49,123 bases of DNA from Nemertoderma westbladi. Lineage: Eukaryota; Animalia; Xenacoelomorpha. Location: NCBI GenBank assembly GCA_032718475.1, contig JAUCBJ010004803.1:1-49123 (forward strand), given 5' to 3'. A program made the translations under genes and the position numbers. Positions within the stretch are counted from its first letter, which is position 1. Each line of letters begins with the position of its first letter. This document shows, piece by piece, positions 1 through 14,800 of this stretch. The notes below the pieces were generated by a model. That model was not told the origin of the DNA. It was given only the letters and a program-made list of their open reading frames with translations, and made no database searches.

Positions 1-2556
1 CTCTTCTACATTCTCCTTTCGTTAGTTATATATTTTGTTCTCACAATATTTTGCTTTTTAACACTAACGTTTTATTTCAATATTCTTGGCTTGGCGCGCT
101 GTTGTTCTATTTTTAGTTTATTTACTCGACGTGTTTATTTAACTGTAGAATGCTGGTTGGTGTTTCCGGTTTTATTTACTCCAAGTAAATTATTATTTTA
201 GTTAAATAAATAGGGTGACTTTTGTGTTATAGTTACATTGTGTATCAATGGAGTTGGTTTTATTATGCGGTTCGAATGGATTTATCGTGTTTCTATTTAT
301 TTCTATTATATATTATTATATCAATATTATGCATTATTATCTTTCTCTCTTTCAAATCATGTGTTAGTTCTATCGTTGTACCATAAACATTATCTTTGTA
401 GATTTGATATTAAAGGTGTGACAGTATCATTGTTTCCTTTATATATACTCAGCATTTTTTGCGGTAAATAATATAATTTAGAGTAAATGTCAGGGGTTTT
501 GAATTTATAATAATTATTATTATATGTAATTTTTGCAATATCTATTTTATTCGTCATTATATTAATCACTTTTAGTCCAGTTTTTAATCTAGTTGTTAGT
601 TTTCAGTATTTTATATTCATTTTGTGGTGTGACTTTATTTCCTTTCGAACATTTCATTCTAATCACTTGTTGTTTTGGTTACCCGGCGCTTTTCTGTGAA
701 CCCATACTTGTAAAGTATGGCTTTATATAACACCTCACCTAACACCCGGTTAGTTCTAGAAGACTTTGCTTTTATAGCCAGAATTATCATACTGGAAATC
801 TATCAGGTTGTTGTATAATTACTACACTAACAACATAATATTGCTCGCTTGCATTTTCAGGTAGATATCTAGAGAATTTTTGCCTTTTAATTAGTATAAT
901 GCTATGAATATTCCTTATATTTTGTTATAGATGTATCATTATTATATTCTAGAATGTTTTTTGTTTGATTGTGTTATTTCTTTCCATATTTCATTAACTT
1001 CCGTATTTTTTAATAACAATTATATTATATGCCTATTTTTTGTCCTACCTTCACTTACACAACTCATGACTAACGTAATATCCGTTTTTCGTTCAGTTTT
1101 ATTTCATTTTGTACCAGCTGTGTGAACTGACTGTGTTTAAATATCAATCCATTGATGGCGTTTCAATTATCGTACACTCCCCCCTTCAAAATAATCAAAA
1201 TTTCGGATAAATAACAAGTGCCATTTAAAAACAAATCCACAACAAAAATAAACCTGCAGTACTCCAGTTACCATAGTACTTGTTCCCTTCTTGGTCCCTT
1301 TAACCACCTTTATTACCTTACTATAATAGCTTTCTCGCATTTATGTTGCATAACATTTTTCTAGAATTAAACACAGTGTTTTTAAGTAATATATATAGAG
1401 ATATGTTTAATATAAATAATGGTTTGCTAATTATATATGTTAACTTGAGTTATTGTATCAATCCATTAATGTTATACCATTTACAATGTTTTTAACACGG
1501 TCTGTCTTTACGCGACTCATACAGTTGCGTAAAAAAGGGTTGTATTTTATCGAGAATTGTAATTATATAGTAGTTATTCATTTCGGATGGGGATATTATA
1601 TATACAAATAAATACTGAAAATTGTAGAGATTGAATTTACATTAATTTAGTGGAAAGAACATTTTTTTCTTGTGATTTAACCTTTATAAAATCGAATTGT
1701 TTCTATTATTATTTTTTAAAGATTATGAATTATTATTGGTCAATATTTTAGGTTGTTATTATCATTTGTTCACGATAAGAATTTTGCGATCAAATTATTT
1801 GGTATAAACATTATCAATTTAATATATTTTGTGTCCTATGCGGTCGTATTTCGACCGCTTAGATTTTAGATGTTACCCTATTTATATATTTAATGGTCTA
1901 AGGTATATTTAAGATCCTATATTGTTTATTATATTTACCTATTTATAAGTGAATGAATATTCATACCTATAAAATGAACCGATAATGAAGTATTGAGTGG
2001 AATACACAAGATTATACTAAGTTTTGTACATTGTGGTTATATTGGTGTATTACAATAATGTGGTTGATTTCTAGAATTAGTTGTAATAGTTCACTAAGCG
2101 TATTAATTAATTTCAATGTTAAAACAATTACGTAAATCATGTGATGGTTGGCATATAGCTAATTGTGATGCTATCCAATGTATTTATTTAAAAATTTATT
2201 TCTGCTGATAGCAAATTTAGTGCGGGGTTCGCTAATTATCACTTGGTATATCAACGTATTATATTAGCTGATTATAATATGAATTTCGCAGCTTTCTTTT
2301 GGTATATCAAACTAATATAAACTACCGATGGGTTGTGAGATGCGCTGCTATTATGTTTATTAATTGCATTGCCTTGTGAAACTTTGTGGAACTTTGTCGC
2401 CATCTAGCTATACAACTTATAATTAAATGAATTTAATTGTTTGTAGCGGTGGATCTATAGAAAACACATAAATATTTGTCGGTATGGGACAATGTGTGTC
2501 ATTGTGGGTCCGGTTCTTCCGGTATGGAACCATGTTAAACATTGAGCATACCGGTA

Positions 2557-5500
2557 TATCAATAGAACCATGTCAAACATTGTCTGATGGTTCTGTCAAT
2601 ATAGAACCATGTCAAGCATTGTCTGATGGTTCTGTCAATATAGAACCATGTCAAGCATTGTCTGATGGTTCTGTCAATATAGAACCATGTCAAGCATTGT
2701 CTGATGGTTCTGTAAATATAGAACCATGTCAAGCATTGTCTGATGGTTCTGTAAATATAGAACCATGTCAAGCATTGTCTGATGGTTCTGTCAATATAGA
2801 ACCATGTCAAGCATTGTCTGATGGTTCTGTCAATATAGAACCGTGTCAAGCATTGTCTGATGGTTCTGTCAATATAGAACCATGTCAAGCATTGTCTGAT
2901 GGTTATGTCAATATAGAACCATGTCAAGCATTGTCTGATGGTTCTGTCAATATAGAACCATGTCAAGCATTTTCTGATGGTTCTGTAAATATAGAACCTT
3001 GTCAAGCATTGTCTGATGGTTCTGTAAATATAGAACCATGTCAAGCATTGTCTGATGGTTCTGTAAATATAGAACCATGTCAAGCATTGTCTGTTGGTTC
3101 TGTCAATATAGAACCATGTCAAGCATTGTCTGATGGTTCTGTCAATATAGAACCATGTCAAGCATTGTCTGATGGTTCTGTCAATATAGAACCATGTCAA
3201 GCATTGTCTGATGGTTCTGTAAATATAGAACCATGTCAAGCATTGTCTGATGGTTCTGTCAATATAGAACCATGTCAAGCATTGTCTGATGGTTCTGTAA
3301 ATATAGAACCATGTCAAGCATTTTCTTATGGTTCTGTTAATATAGAACCATGTCAAGCATTGTCTGATGGTTCTGTCAATATAGAACCATGTCAAGCATT
3401 GTCTGATGGTTCTGTAAATATAGAACCATGTCAAGCATTGTCTGATGGTTCTGTCAATATAGAACCATGTCAAACATTGTCTGATGGCTCTGTAAATATA
3501 AAACCATGTCAAGCATTGTCTGATGGTTCTGTCAATATAGAACCATGTCAAGCATTGTCTGATGGTTCTGTCAATATAGAACCATGTCAAGCATTGTCTG
3601 ATGGTTCTGTAAATATAGAACAATGTCAAGCATTGTCTGATGGTTCTGTCAATATAGAACCATGTCAAGCATTGTCTGATGGTTCTGTCAATATAGAACC
3701 ATGTCAAGCATTGTCTGATGGTTCTGTCAATATAGAACCATGTCAAGCATTGTCTGATGGTTCTGTCAATATAGAACCATGTCAAGCATTGTCTGATGGT
3801 TCTGTCAATATAGAACCATGTCAAGCATTGTCTGATGGTTCTGTAAATATAGAACCATGTCAAGCATTGTCTGATGGTTCTGTCAATATAGAACCATGTC
3901 AAGCATTGTCTGATGGCTCTGTAAATATAAAACCATGTCAAGCATTGTCTGATGGTTCTGTCAATATAGAACCATGTCAAGCATTGTCTGATGGTTCTGT
4001 AAATATGCAACCATGTCAAGCATTGTCTGATGGTTCTGTCAATATAGAACCATGTCAATCATTGTCTGATGGCTCTGTAAATATAAAACCATGTCAAGCA
4101 TTGTCTGATGGTTATGTCGATATAGAACCATGTCAAGCATTGTCTGATGGTTCTGTCAATATAGAACCATGTCAAGCATTGTCTGATGGTTCTGTCAATA
4201 TAGAATCATGTCAAGCATTGTCTGATGGTTCTGTAAATATAGAACCATGTCAAGCATTGTCTGATGGTTCTGTCAATATAGAACCATGTCAAGCATTGTC
4301 TGATGGTTCTGTAAATATAAAACCATGTCAAGCATTGTCTGATGGTTCTGTCAATATAGAACCATGTCAAGCATTGTCTGATGGTTCTGTCAATATAGAA
4401 CCATGTCAAGCATTGTCTGATGGTTCTGTCAATATAGAACCATGTCAAGCATTATCTGATGGTTCTGTCAATATAGAACCATGTCAAGCATTGTATGATG
4501 GTTCTGTAAATATAGAACCATGTCAAGCATTGTCTGATGGTTCTGTCAATATAGAACCATGTCAAGCAGTATCGCATGGTTCTGTCAATATAGAACCATG
4601 TCAAGCATTGTATGATGGTTCTGTAAATATAGAACAATGTCAAGCATTGTCTGATGTTTCTGTCAATATAGAACCATGTCAATCATTATCTGATGGTTCT
4701 GTCAATATAGAACCATGTCAAGCATTATCGCATGGTTCTATCAATATAGAACCATGTCAAGCATTGTATGATGGTTCTGTATATATGGAACCATGTTAAG
4801 CATTGTCTGATGGTTCTGTAAATATAGAACCATGTCAAGCAATGTCTGATGGTTCTGCAAGATAGAACCATGTCAAGCATTGTCTGATGGTTCTGTAAAT
4901 ATAGAACCATGTCAAGCATTGTCTGATGGTTCTGTCAATATAGAACCATGTCAAGCATTGTCTGATGGTTCTGTAAATATAGAACCATGTCAAGCATTGT
5001 CTGATGGTTCTGTCAATATAGAACCATGTCAAGCAATGTCTGATGGTTCTGCAAGATAGAACCATGTCAAGCATTGTCTGATGGTTCTGTAAATATAGAA
5101 CCATGTCAAGCATTGTCTGATGGTTCTGTCAATATAGAACCATGTCAAGCATTGTCTGATGGTTCTGTAAATATAGAACAATGTCAAGCATTGTCTGATG
5201 TTTCTGTCAATATAGAACCATGTCAATCATTATCTGATGGTTCTGTCAATATAGAACCATGTCAAGCATTGTCTGATGGTTCTGTAAATATAGAACCATG
5301 TCAAGCATTGTCTGATGGTTCTGTCAATATAGAACCATGTCAAGCATTGTCTGATGGTTCTGTAAATATAGAACCATGTCAAGCAATGTCTGATGGTTCT
5401 GCAAGATAGAACCATGTCAAGCATTGTCTGATGGTTCTGTCAATATAGAGCCATGTCAAACATTGTCTGATGGTTCTGTCAATATAAAGCCATGTCAAAC

Positions 5501-5912
5501 ATTGTCTGATGGTTCTGTCAATATAGAACCATGTCAAACATTGTCTGATGGTTCTGTCAATATAGAACCATGTCAAGCATTGTCTGATGGTTCTGTAAAT
5601 ATAGAACCATGTCAAGCATTGTCTGATGGTTCTGTCAATATAGAACCATGTCAAGCATTGTCTGATGGTTCTGTAAATATAGAACCATGTCAAGCATTTT
5701 CTGATGGTTCTGTAAATATAAAACCATGTCAAGCATTGTCTGATGGTTCTGTCAATATAGAGCCATGTCAAACATTGTCTGATGGTTCTGTCAATATAGA
5801 ACCATGTCAAACATTGTCTGATGGTTCTGTCAATATAGAACCATGTCAAACATTGTCTGATGGTTCTGTCAATATAGAACCATGCCAGCATTGTCTGATG
5901 GTTCTGTCAATA
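2557..5912. repeat. 39-bp minisatellite (AATATAGAACCATGTCAAGCATTGTCTGATGGTTCTGTC), about 86 copies, with degenerate copies at both edges
   Basis: Direct tandem periodicity. It explains the (SVNIEPCQALSDG)n and (RTIRQCLTWFYID)n ORFs. 38-bp variant units near 4860, 5053 and 5403 break the frame. Confidence 0.97.
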
Positions 5913-6669
5913 GATAACCATGCCAAATATGTCTGCAGAACCATGCCAAATATGTCTGCCAGTTTGGTCCGGTGCAATTTCCGACATATCGCATATTTAC
6001 TGTTGGTATATAGTCATGTATGGCATTGTGGAACAGTTTCTGTCGGTATGGATGGAACAATGCGGACATTGTCTGATAGTTTATCTAGGTAAAGAACCAT
6101 TTTAGACATTGTCGGACTGTGGCTGTGACATCATGTCGGACATTCTAGTTGATATTATGGTTTTGTTCAGAAATTACTAATTTTCATAAGCCAGAAATTC
6201 TGGGTTATGTATGTATAGAACCATGAGATATTCTTGGGTGGTTTCTATTGGTATGGCTTAACGACATTGAAAATTCCCTTGTCTCTCAGCCTCTTTCACA
6301 CCTGGTTTTAAAACTTAGTACTTAAAGTTTTTCGTTTCTGAACAAGAAAATTACGATATTATTACGTATACGATAATTTTTTGGTTGACAAAGTTTCACG
6401 AATAGTTCCGTCAATATTAAATAATTACGGTTGTGTTGGGATCCTGTATGATTTGTTCTATTTTTGTACCTGGTGGTATCTTTTGATTTTTGATTATATA
6501 ATATTATGTAACAGCTGACGGTGTATTTATGTATCAGACGTAACTAGTTGACAATTAGATGCAATAGATATCCTGAAAATATTTTAATAAATGTATCGAC
6601 GGTGCACTGCATGTCTGGAAAATTGATATCTTGTGTTTTCTCAACGGTTTTGGATGGGTTTCATTCCCC

Positions 6670-8685
6670 CATTTTATTTAGCCAGGTCTAGACGCTCAGG
6701 GCCCCAACCGCAGGTTATCATGTTCGGAGAACTCGTATCCGTGCCCGGCCACGGTTCTAGTCATTGCAACGCCTTTATAGATTGACCGGAATTTTAGGGA
6801 GCACAAGATCTCAGCAACTAAGCGAAAACCACCAATAGGATGTTCCTAGACCCCCCCCCCCCCCAAAATTTATCTAGAAGACTTTTTCCCATATACATTA
6901 CGTTTCAAAAGTCTACGGTTCTCCGGCTAGGGCCAATTTGAGTCAAAAAGTCAGCCTCCCTAGCAACCTCGTTGCTATGCAGGAATCTCCAGAACCGCTA
7001 ATGCTACGGACTTGGGACCGGCGCCAATCGATAGGCAGCATAGGGTTTACATTTAAAAAAACTTTTTTTGGAGCGATCAGATCATGATCTTGACCATGAT
7101 CAGCAAAGATCAGTTTTGATCAGCAATCGGACACTCAAGGCTTGCTCCAATCGAAAAACTTAACATTACAAAAAGATTCAGCGACCCCACATTAGTCATG
7201 ATTCCCGTTAAAAGATTTTAAAAAAAGTGAATTCTTCCTGATCAAAACGCAAGATCATGATCGCGCAAAGATCGGACTTCTTAAAATCGTAACTAAGCAT
7301 TTTGGATATAAACAATTACTGTAGGAAACGTTCAGAACACCGCCCTGAGTCGATTAAAAAAAAAATTGGCCCGATCGGACCACCGGTTCTCGAGATCTGA
7401 TACCTGATCATTAAAGATCATACTTTTCGGTTTTTTCCAATTTTCTCGAAAACTTTGTTTGAGACCCCCGATTTTTTTTTACGAATCGACTTCTATGATG
7501 AAGGGGCAACTTTTGAGCATTTCGAAATTTTCAAAAAGCGATTTGATCAGGCCGCGATCATAAAAGATCGTGTTTTTGGTTTTATTTCGAAGACCAAGTC
7601 CTGGGAGTTCACCGTATGGAAAAACTTAACATCACAAAAAGATTCCTCACCCTCGAATTATGGGGGGTAGCCAAAATTTGGGCATAAAAAAGTTCAAGTC
7701 TAGTGGGTCAAAACTCAAGATCATGATCGCGAAAAGATCAGTATTATTAAAATCGAATCTAAGCATTTTTCTAATAAACATTCATTGTAAGAAATGTTCA
7801 ATGGTCTATTCTGAGTTGATTAAAAAAAAAATTGGCTCGATCGGTCAACCGGTTCTCGAGATCAGCTTCAAGATCATAAAAGATCGTGTTTTTCGGTTTT
7901 TCCCGATTTTCTCGAAAACTTTGTTTGAGACCCCCGATTTTTTTTTTACTAATTGACTTCTATTAAGAAGGGGCAACTTTTAAGCATTTCGAAATTTTCA
8001 AAAAGCGAATTGATCAGGCCAAGATCAGGAAAGATCATGTTTTCGGTTTTATTTCGAAGACCAAGTCCTGTGAGTTCACCGTATGAAAAAATTTAACATT
8101 ACAAAAAGATTCCTCACCCTCAAATTAGGGGGGTAGCCAAAATTTGACCATAAAAAAGTTCAATTCTAGGGGGTCAAAAGATCATGATCGCGAAATGATC
8201 AGTTTTTTCGAAATTACTTCTGAGCATTTTGGGGCAAAACTTTCAAACTAAAAAACATTCACTGGAGTGTTCTAAGTAGATTAAAAAAAATTTCGACTCA
8301 ATAGGCCTACCGGTACCGGAGATATGGTCGTCCAAAGTCTGCTTCCGGTAATTCGAAAATATTTCGAAAACCCTTGATCGAATTTTTTCCTTGAAAATAT
8401 GTGAATGTACAGTTAGTGGACCCGCATCCAACGATATATAACAATCCATATTTTGGATGACAGGTACCGGTGAAATCAGACTTTACCGAAAAAAATTCAA
8501 ATTGTTGCTACTCATGTCTGACTATATCTCGAAAACTGTAACAGGTATGGAAATACTTTCACTGCAAGAAATGTTCGCCTATCCAATGCGCTTCTAACTC
8601 TGTGCTCGGATTTTGCATAGTGTCAAAACCTAGTACTTAACCCCCCCAGCGGAGGGAACGGAGTGACCGGAGCGCCAGTACTATC
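6670..8685. mobile_element. Putative non-autonomous DNA element with about 2.3 internal tandem units of about 466 bp
   Basis: 7250-7715 and 7716-8180 are diverged direct copies (AACTTTGTTTGAGACCCCCG at 7451 and 7917). GATC-rich, GC-rich ends, no credible ORF. Boundaries approximate. Confidence 0.5.
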
Positions 8686-9277
8686 TTTCATTATAATGAA
8701 GTAATAAGGGCGGTGGGTGGGGTAGGTGGTGAACACTATTTATAGGGTGGAGGGAGGGTCTAGTATATTACTTTAGGATATTTGATTTATTTGCAATATA
8801 GTTTAGCTGCCTCAGTCTTATTTGTAATATGTTATACATTATATCAAATTATATCAAGTTTTAACATACTACACTGTACATTGTCTACCTGTAGGGTAAA
8901 TATACAATGTAGGGCTCATAATATATTTATAAATAGATTTAGTATATTTACATTGTATAACAGAGTGAATTGTATTATACTAAAGACGCCGCTTTGATAC
9001 ATCTGATCAAATGGCAATTTCTGGTATATTATCTATTTCACTATCTTGGGTATATCATTCAATTTTTAAAACTAAAATAATAAACATTTACTTCACTTCT
9101 TGTTTACTGGCATGGATATATTAATATAAAATACATCAGTATAATATCTTATGGGGCCAAACCCAGCGTAATCAGAGTAATGTTTAATTATTATTACAAT
9201 TGGCACATTGAAGTAAGTAGTACATGAGTTTGATAAAATAATTATGACTCCGTATCTTATTCGACTCTACTTCTTCT

Positions 9278-9360
9278 CACTCTCTCTCTCTCTCTCTCTT
9301 TCTCACTCTTATTCTACTTACTACCACTACTAACTACTATTACTACTACTACTTACTACT
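9278..9360. repeat. (CT)n plus (TAC)n microsatellite
   Basis: Seen directly. Confidence 0.9.
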
Positions 9361-9399
9361 GCAGAGTTAGGTGTATATTACAAGAGGACGGGGTTCGTG

Positions 9400-9570
9400 A
9401 TTATTAGTTATTATCTAAGTGCCCCTCGGCTATAGAGAGTCCACCCTCGGTTGCTTACTGGATCACAGGTTCGAACCCTGCTCATGTCGTGGAAGTTTTA
9501 GTTTAAACAGATTGAATAGAATGGCGCAATATCATCCCATGGGACCGTAATATTCACTGATTGTATACAA
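9400..9570 (+). mobile_element. Possible decayed tRNA-derived SINE head
   Basis: CAGGTTCGAACCCTG at about 9466-9480 is a Pol III B-box/T-arm-like hairpin. The A-box is degenerate and there is no full cloverleaf. Confidence 0.35.
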
Positions 9571-9571
9571 G

Positions 9572-9946
9572 CAGTGATGTTCAACCAGTTAAATTGGTAT
9601 TTGAGCTTACTTCGTTTCGTGATTTGGAGTTTAGTTAACTAGTGCACCAAAATTTAGTAATTAATAACTTAGTTAAAATGTCAACTAAATTTTAACTAAA
9701 TTGTGTGATAGATGAAGCAGTAGCTTTAATTGTTGATTCTGTTGAACTTAAATTATATTAATATTATATTTTCTTTTTATGTTACGAAATTAGTTGACAT
9801 TTTAGGTATTTATTTCAATATATTATTAATATTATAAATAGTTTGAAAATTTAGTTAATTAGTTAACTATATTCATATTCAAAATAGTTGAAATTTTAGT
9901 TAACTATTAGTTAAACTGTGTTTTTCGAAATAGTTTAACATCACTG
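9572..9946. mobile_element. MITE with CAGTG termini (hAT-like)
   Basis: Terminal inverted repeats CAGTGATGTTCAAC / GTTTAACATCACTG (13 of 14 match). AT-rich interior with TTAGTTAACTA motifs. No clean TSD. Confidence 0.65.
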
Positions 9947-10450
9947 TATGTATATCTTTATTGCATTGTTTGCATTCCTAGCGGATTGGTGTTATTATTA
10001 CTTTGGGGAATAGCAGATAGCAAGGAGACAAAGTCGTAATGTAATAACTAATATTACTACGAAGTAGGGATGCAACAGAGGTCCGGCTCCGGCTCCGGAA
10101 ATACGGAGCTCCGGGCCAATTTTCTGGCTCCGGCTCTGGTTCCGGCTACGGACAAATTAATCCGGAGCTTATATGTTGTTTAAATTCGAATTAAAATAAT
10201 ACGTTTTATTCTTAAATAGTTACTTTTTCGCTCGAATATATCCCAAAATCGGGAGAAAAAGATAACTTTTTTCCCTAGGGAAAAAATGTAACCCATAGGA
10301 TTGCATTGATTTTACTTTTTCCCCGGCGAAAAAAGTAAAATATTTTTGGCGGAATTTCTTACATTTTATTACATGTATTAAAAGAGCATCGACCTAGAAA
10401 ATGTTTGCAAGTAATTTGAGCAAAAGCCATTCACACATTCAAAAGTAATT

Positions 10451-11350
10451 GCAACTTTAGTATCTGCGCGGGGAACTCCAAAACGGAACTCAATATCCAA
10501 TATTGGTTTATGTAGTTAAGCGGCTCTCTAGTTACGTAATAAATATTCGAGAACACTAAATTATTTAACATGGAGTAAGGCAACATCGGGAGTTGAAGAG
10601 TACAGTAATTTGAATTGCAGTAACTATGGAAGCAATCAAGCAATATAGTAAAATACTGCAGTTCAATTTATTTTGTAACACTACTGTGTAGTATATCGCT
10701 ATGTTTTATTAAAGAATTTAGCAACAAACAAGTACTAATTTAAGAAATTATTTTTAAAATTACGTTTTACATGGGAAAAAAAACGTATAACATTTGTTTT
10801 TCAATATTCTGTCGACCCTTTATTAACCTCGCTGACGCTCGGTAAATAAAATGAATCGAGAATAATGAAAAAAGTTTTACTTTTTTTCCCATGTAATAAA
10901 TAAATATTTCGGATGTATGAATAATGTAAATATCATAGTAGTTAACATAATAACTCATTAAAAAATTTACATCTTGTTTTTTTAAGTTTCTTGATAAACC
11001 TACACCCCCTTGTAAAATTGTTTAAATGTTTAAACAAAAACATTGAAATGATTCAGTTAATTCAAATAATATTCTTCACTAATTAAAAAATCTTAAATAT
11101 ACATGTACTATCGTTTCGTTCGTCAGTCTAGAACCCCCATTCCATTCCATTCCATTCATTTATGGCAACTTTAGTGTCTGCAAGGCGTACTCCAAAACGG
11201 AACTCAATATCCAATATTGGTTTATGTAGTTAAGCGGCTCTCTAGTTACGTAATAAATATTCTAGAACACTAAATTATTTAACATTGAGTTAAGGCCGCA
11301 GTTGAAAAGTACAATAATTGGAATTGACCAACTATGAAAGCTAAACAGTA
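10451..11350. repeat. About 190-bp dispersed direct repeat (10451-10640 and 11165-11350)
   Basis: Shared ACTCCAAAACGGAACTCAATATCCAATATTGGTTTATGTAGTTAAGCGGCTCTCTAGTTACG block. Confidence 0.85.
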
Positions 11351-11818
11351 ATATACAGCAGTTAGCAGTTCAATTTTTTTTCAATTTTATTTCGTTCTAT
11401 ATTTTATTAAGCAGCGGAAATAAATAATTTAACTAGAAACCTTCTGACAAAGAATATTCTAAATTTAAATTCTATCATCAATAAATAGGCCTAATATGTT
11501 TAAGCATTTGCTAAGGGTCATTCAGAATTCGATTTGTGTATGTGTATACTTGTGCCACTACATTCAGATTGGCTGCTTGTCTAGGCAATATTTCAACATT
11601 GTTAAACCTAACCTGTTAGTCTATCTACAGTATTTTCTCCATTTTGAATTCGTATTCGAGCGGGAAATTTGAATTTTAGACTATGTATTTTTCATGCACT
11701 TTGGAACCCTCATTCTGAACGTATCGTGAATTACTGCAGTAGTACTGGTACCGTACTACAGCCGTTATCAGCATATATGGCTTAAAATAAGTTTTCTGGA
11801 AATCGGAATCGCTCCACC

Positions 11819-14800
11819 ATGGTTGAATCTGACGTCGACATTCCTGATTGGCTGTACGATGAGGCGATATTAACTACTGAACCGCCAATTAGCCAAGATA
11901 ATCTGGTAGGCCTGTTTACTCCGCCTAACATTGTCATACAACTGTATAAGTTGGCGGCAGTTATTGACGAAGTTTTCAGCTCATGTGGAATTGTTTACTG
12001 GGCCACTGGAGGTAAATCACGTTGTGCAGCCAATTCCTACATTATTATCGGTATTATAATTTTGGTATAAGCCTATGTCAGTATGTTTCAATCTAGCTAA
12101 TATTACGTTAACTTCACCAACCCGCGGTAGTAAGTAACTACATTTTTATAACACTACATAGCGATTTCTTTGTTCTTTGAACAAATACTTGCCAAATGAA
12201 ATGACTTGCAAATTGAATCCGCTACGCACATCCTTTGTGAATCCATGCAAAATATATTGCGTAACTTTTTTGTACCTACCATCTGTAGGTTGTTGGCGTC
12301 GACTGCAACGTATTAAGTTAGGCCTAATAGCCTAATACAAATCCCACACGTAATTATTACTTACTTATTAATTTACTTAACTTATTGTTTATTTTGGTTT
12401 CCATAGGAACGCTATTGGGAGCCGTTCGTCACGGCGGGTTAGTGCCCTGGGACGACGATGTAGACGTCTGCGTCTACGGTAAACAGTTGGCCAACACGAT
12501 GAGCGCTGTCCGGGTTGCCTTAGCAACTAGAGACTGTTGCATTGTTGAGGCCCCAACGTTTGGTTACAGAGTCTTCCGGCAAACCGATTCCGGTTTATCA
12601 TCCCCCGGTACGTGTCTGTGTAGTTGCTATAGCAACTGTACACATAAATATCTACGTCTTGGGGACTTTTATCAGAGTTCCAACTCACCGGAAACTAATG
12701 TAGAAAACTACTAAGAGTTGTTAGGGAATTTATTTTTTTCTTGAAATGCCAGGAAATTTATGTAAAATATGGACAACTCAAGGAATTTGATCATGAATGA
12801 AATTTAAGAGTCTCACTATGCAGTCAGGTAGACAGGCTATTTTATGCTGTAAAAAAAAATTCCCCAGGGTGTCTCGGCTGGCACTTAGTGAATATTTACT
12901 TTGTTACTGTAAGCGAAGGACAGCAGCCTCACGCAATTGCAAAACCATGAAACTTCTAACGCTCATATCTCAGTTATTTTCAATTAAATTATTTTATTGA
13001 ATTACGTATTTGTTATTCTTGTACGGCCAGCCTTCTAACGGTACCAACCAACAAATCACTATAAGGTAGCAGAATAACTGCGGTGTAACTGGTACAATGT
13101 CGCCTGAGACACTTTCTCAAACGCTTGTAGCTAAAGATTGAAAGCAAAATTAAAATTCTGGCTCACCCAGTAAGGAGGAGGGAAGTGGAACTAACTCTGT
13201 TTCAAATTTCATGTAATCTCATTAAGATTTCAGTAAACTACGACTTTTTTTGGGGGGGGGGGGGGGGGGGGGTGTACCTGAATATCAACACTAACACTAT
13301 ATTAAGGGACATAGTGTTCATTAATACTAAGTGTGTCTCATTGTCTAATAATTTATTCTAGAACATGCAAATCGGTACCCTTTTGTTGACATATGGACGA
13401 TGACGTCACCACAGTTTAGGGAGGCGGTCTATCCTTCTGTGAAACATGCCAGACACTCCTGGAGGGAGGAGTGGCATGCGGTTGCCACAGTAACACCAAT
13501 AGAACGTCGACAATTCGGCGGTGGTTTTATCTGTTGTCCCTCGCAACCTTACGACTACTTAAACCGGTATCTAGGTTGGTATAGAAATCTTAACTACTTA
13601 ACAATCAACAAATCTTAACAACATTTATTAATAATTGTTCAATGGGAAAGATCTGGGAAAAATCTCAATGATGCCATTATTGGTGGCGTCTCCGTCCATG
13701 GTTATAACCTTGGGGGTGGGTCTATAGTGAATGGAGAAAGGGTCTAAAATTTAATTTTTAATTAATTTACTGAATACGTCCGTAAGGAAGAATTAGCCAT
13801 ATAAATATTATTAACTATTTTTGATAATCGTGGATATCTTATTATCTTTTTAAACGCAACGTTTCAAATAAATCCTACTATTATTTTTATTCCAAAATTA
13901 CTTTTTAATACCGAGTTGTTATGTGTGTATGTTGCCATTTGATAACTTTAGTAGAAGCGAACATTTTGCATCACAACAAACTGTAACATTACATCCAGAG
14001 CGAGAAGTAATGTAGGCTCTAGCTCTAAACGAATAACATTACATCCAGAGCGAGAAGTAATGTAGGCTCTAGCTCTAAACGAATAACATTACATCCAGAG
14101 CGAGAAGTAATGTAGGCTCTAGCTCTAAACGAATAACATTACAATTTATTAATACAATTACAATTAGATTATGATGCATTTATTATATGGAATAAAATAG
14201 CCTCGCGCAGGTGCATAACCATGCAACATTTGAAGGCTCATATCTCAGCTATTTTTCAACGAAATTCAAAATGTGTTACGTATTTGGAATCCTTGCGCGG
14301 TCAGCTTTCTATCAGTACCAGCAAATCACTAAAAGGTTGAATAATAACTGCAGTGTAACTGGTGTAATATCGTTGAAGACACTTTTTTTAAACGCTTGTA
14401 GCTAAAGATTGAAAGCAAAAATAAAAATTATGGCTCACCCAGTCAGTGGTCGGGAGGTGAAACTATCTCTGTTTCAAATTTCATGCAATCTCGTTACGAT
14501 TTGTAGAAAAATTATGGGGGCGGGGATGTCACTGAATTACGACACTATATTCTAGGACATGGTGTAGTACCATTAGAAACATGGAACCTAGTCGATATAC
14601 AGTCACGCTCTCCACCACAATACTTTTGTTCCACCTACTCCACCTGAATCCACGTTGGCCACTTTCACCTGATATCCACCCATAGTCCACCCACGTACTC
14701 CACTCAACTTACATCTTAATGTTGTTTGTCTGTCAATAATGCAACAGTTCCCAATCATAACAACTATTATTATTTGTAACTTAATCTCGGATCTGTTCAA

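Noticed and set aside
1-2480. Possible ancient LINE remnants (RVTKTTS- and RQAKN-like peptides on the minus strand, strong T skew)
   Set aside because: Too degraded to support by eye. It would need a translated profile search.
9460-9485. tRNA gene
   Set aside because: Only a T-arm/B-box-like hairpin; acceptor, D and anticodon arms are not recoverable.
10066-10170. hAT element starting TAGGGATG with CCGGCT subterminal repeats
   Set aside because: No matching right terminus (CATCCCTA) found nearby, so at most a one-ended fragment.
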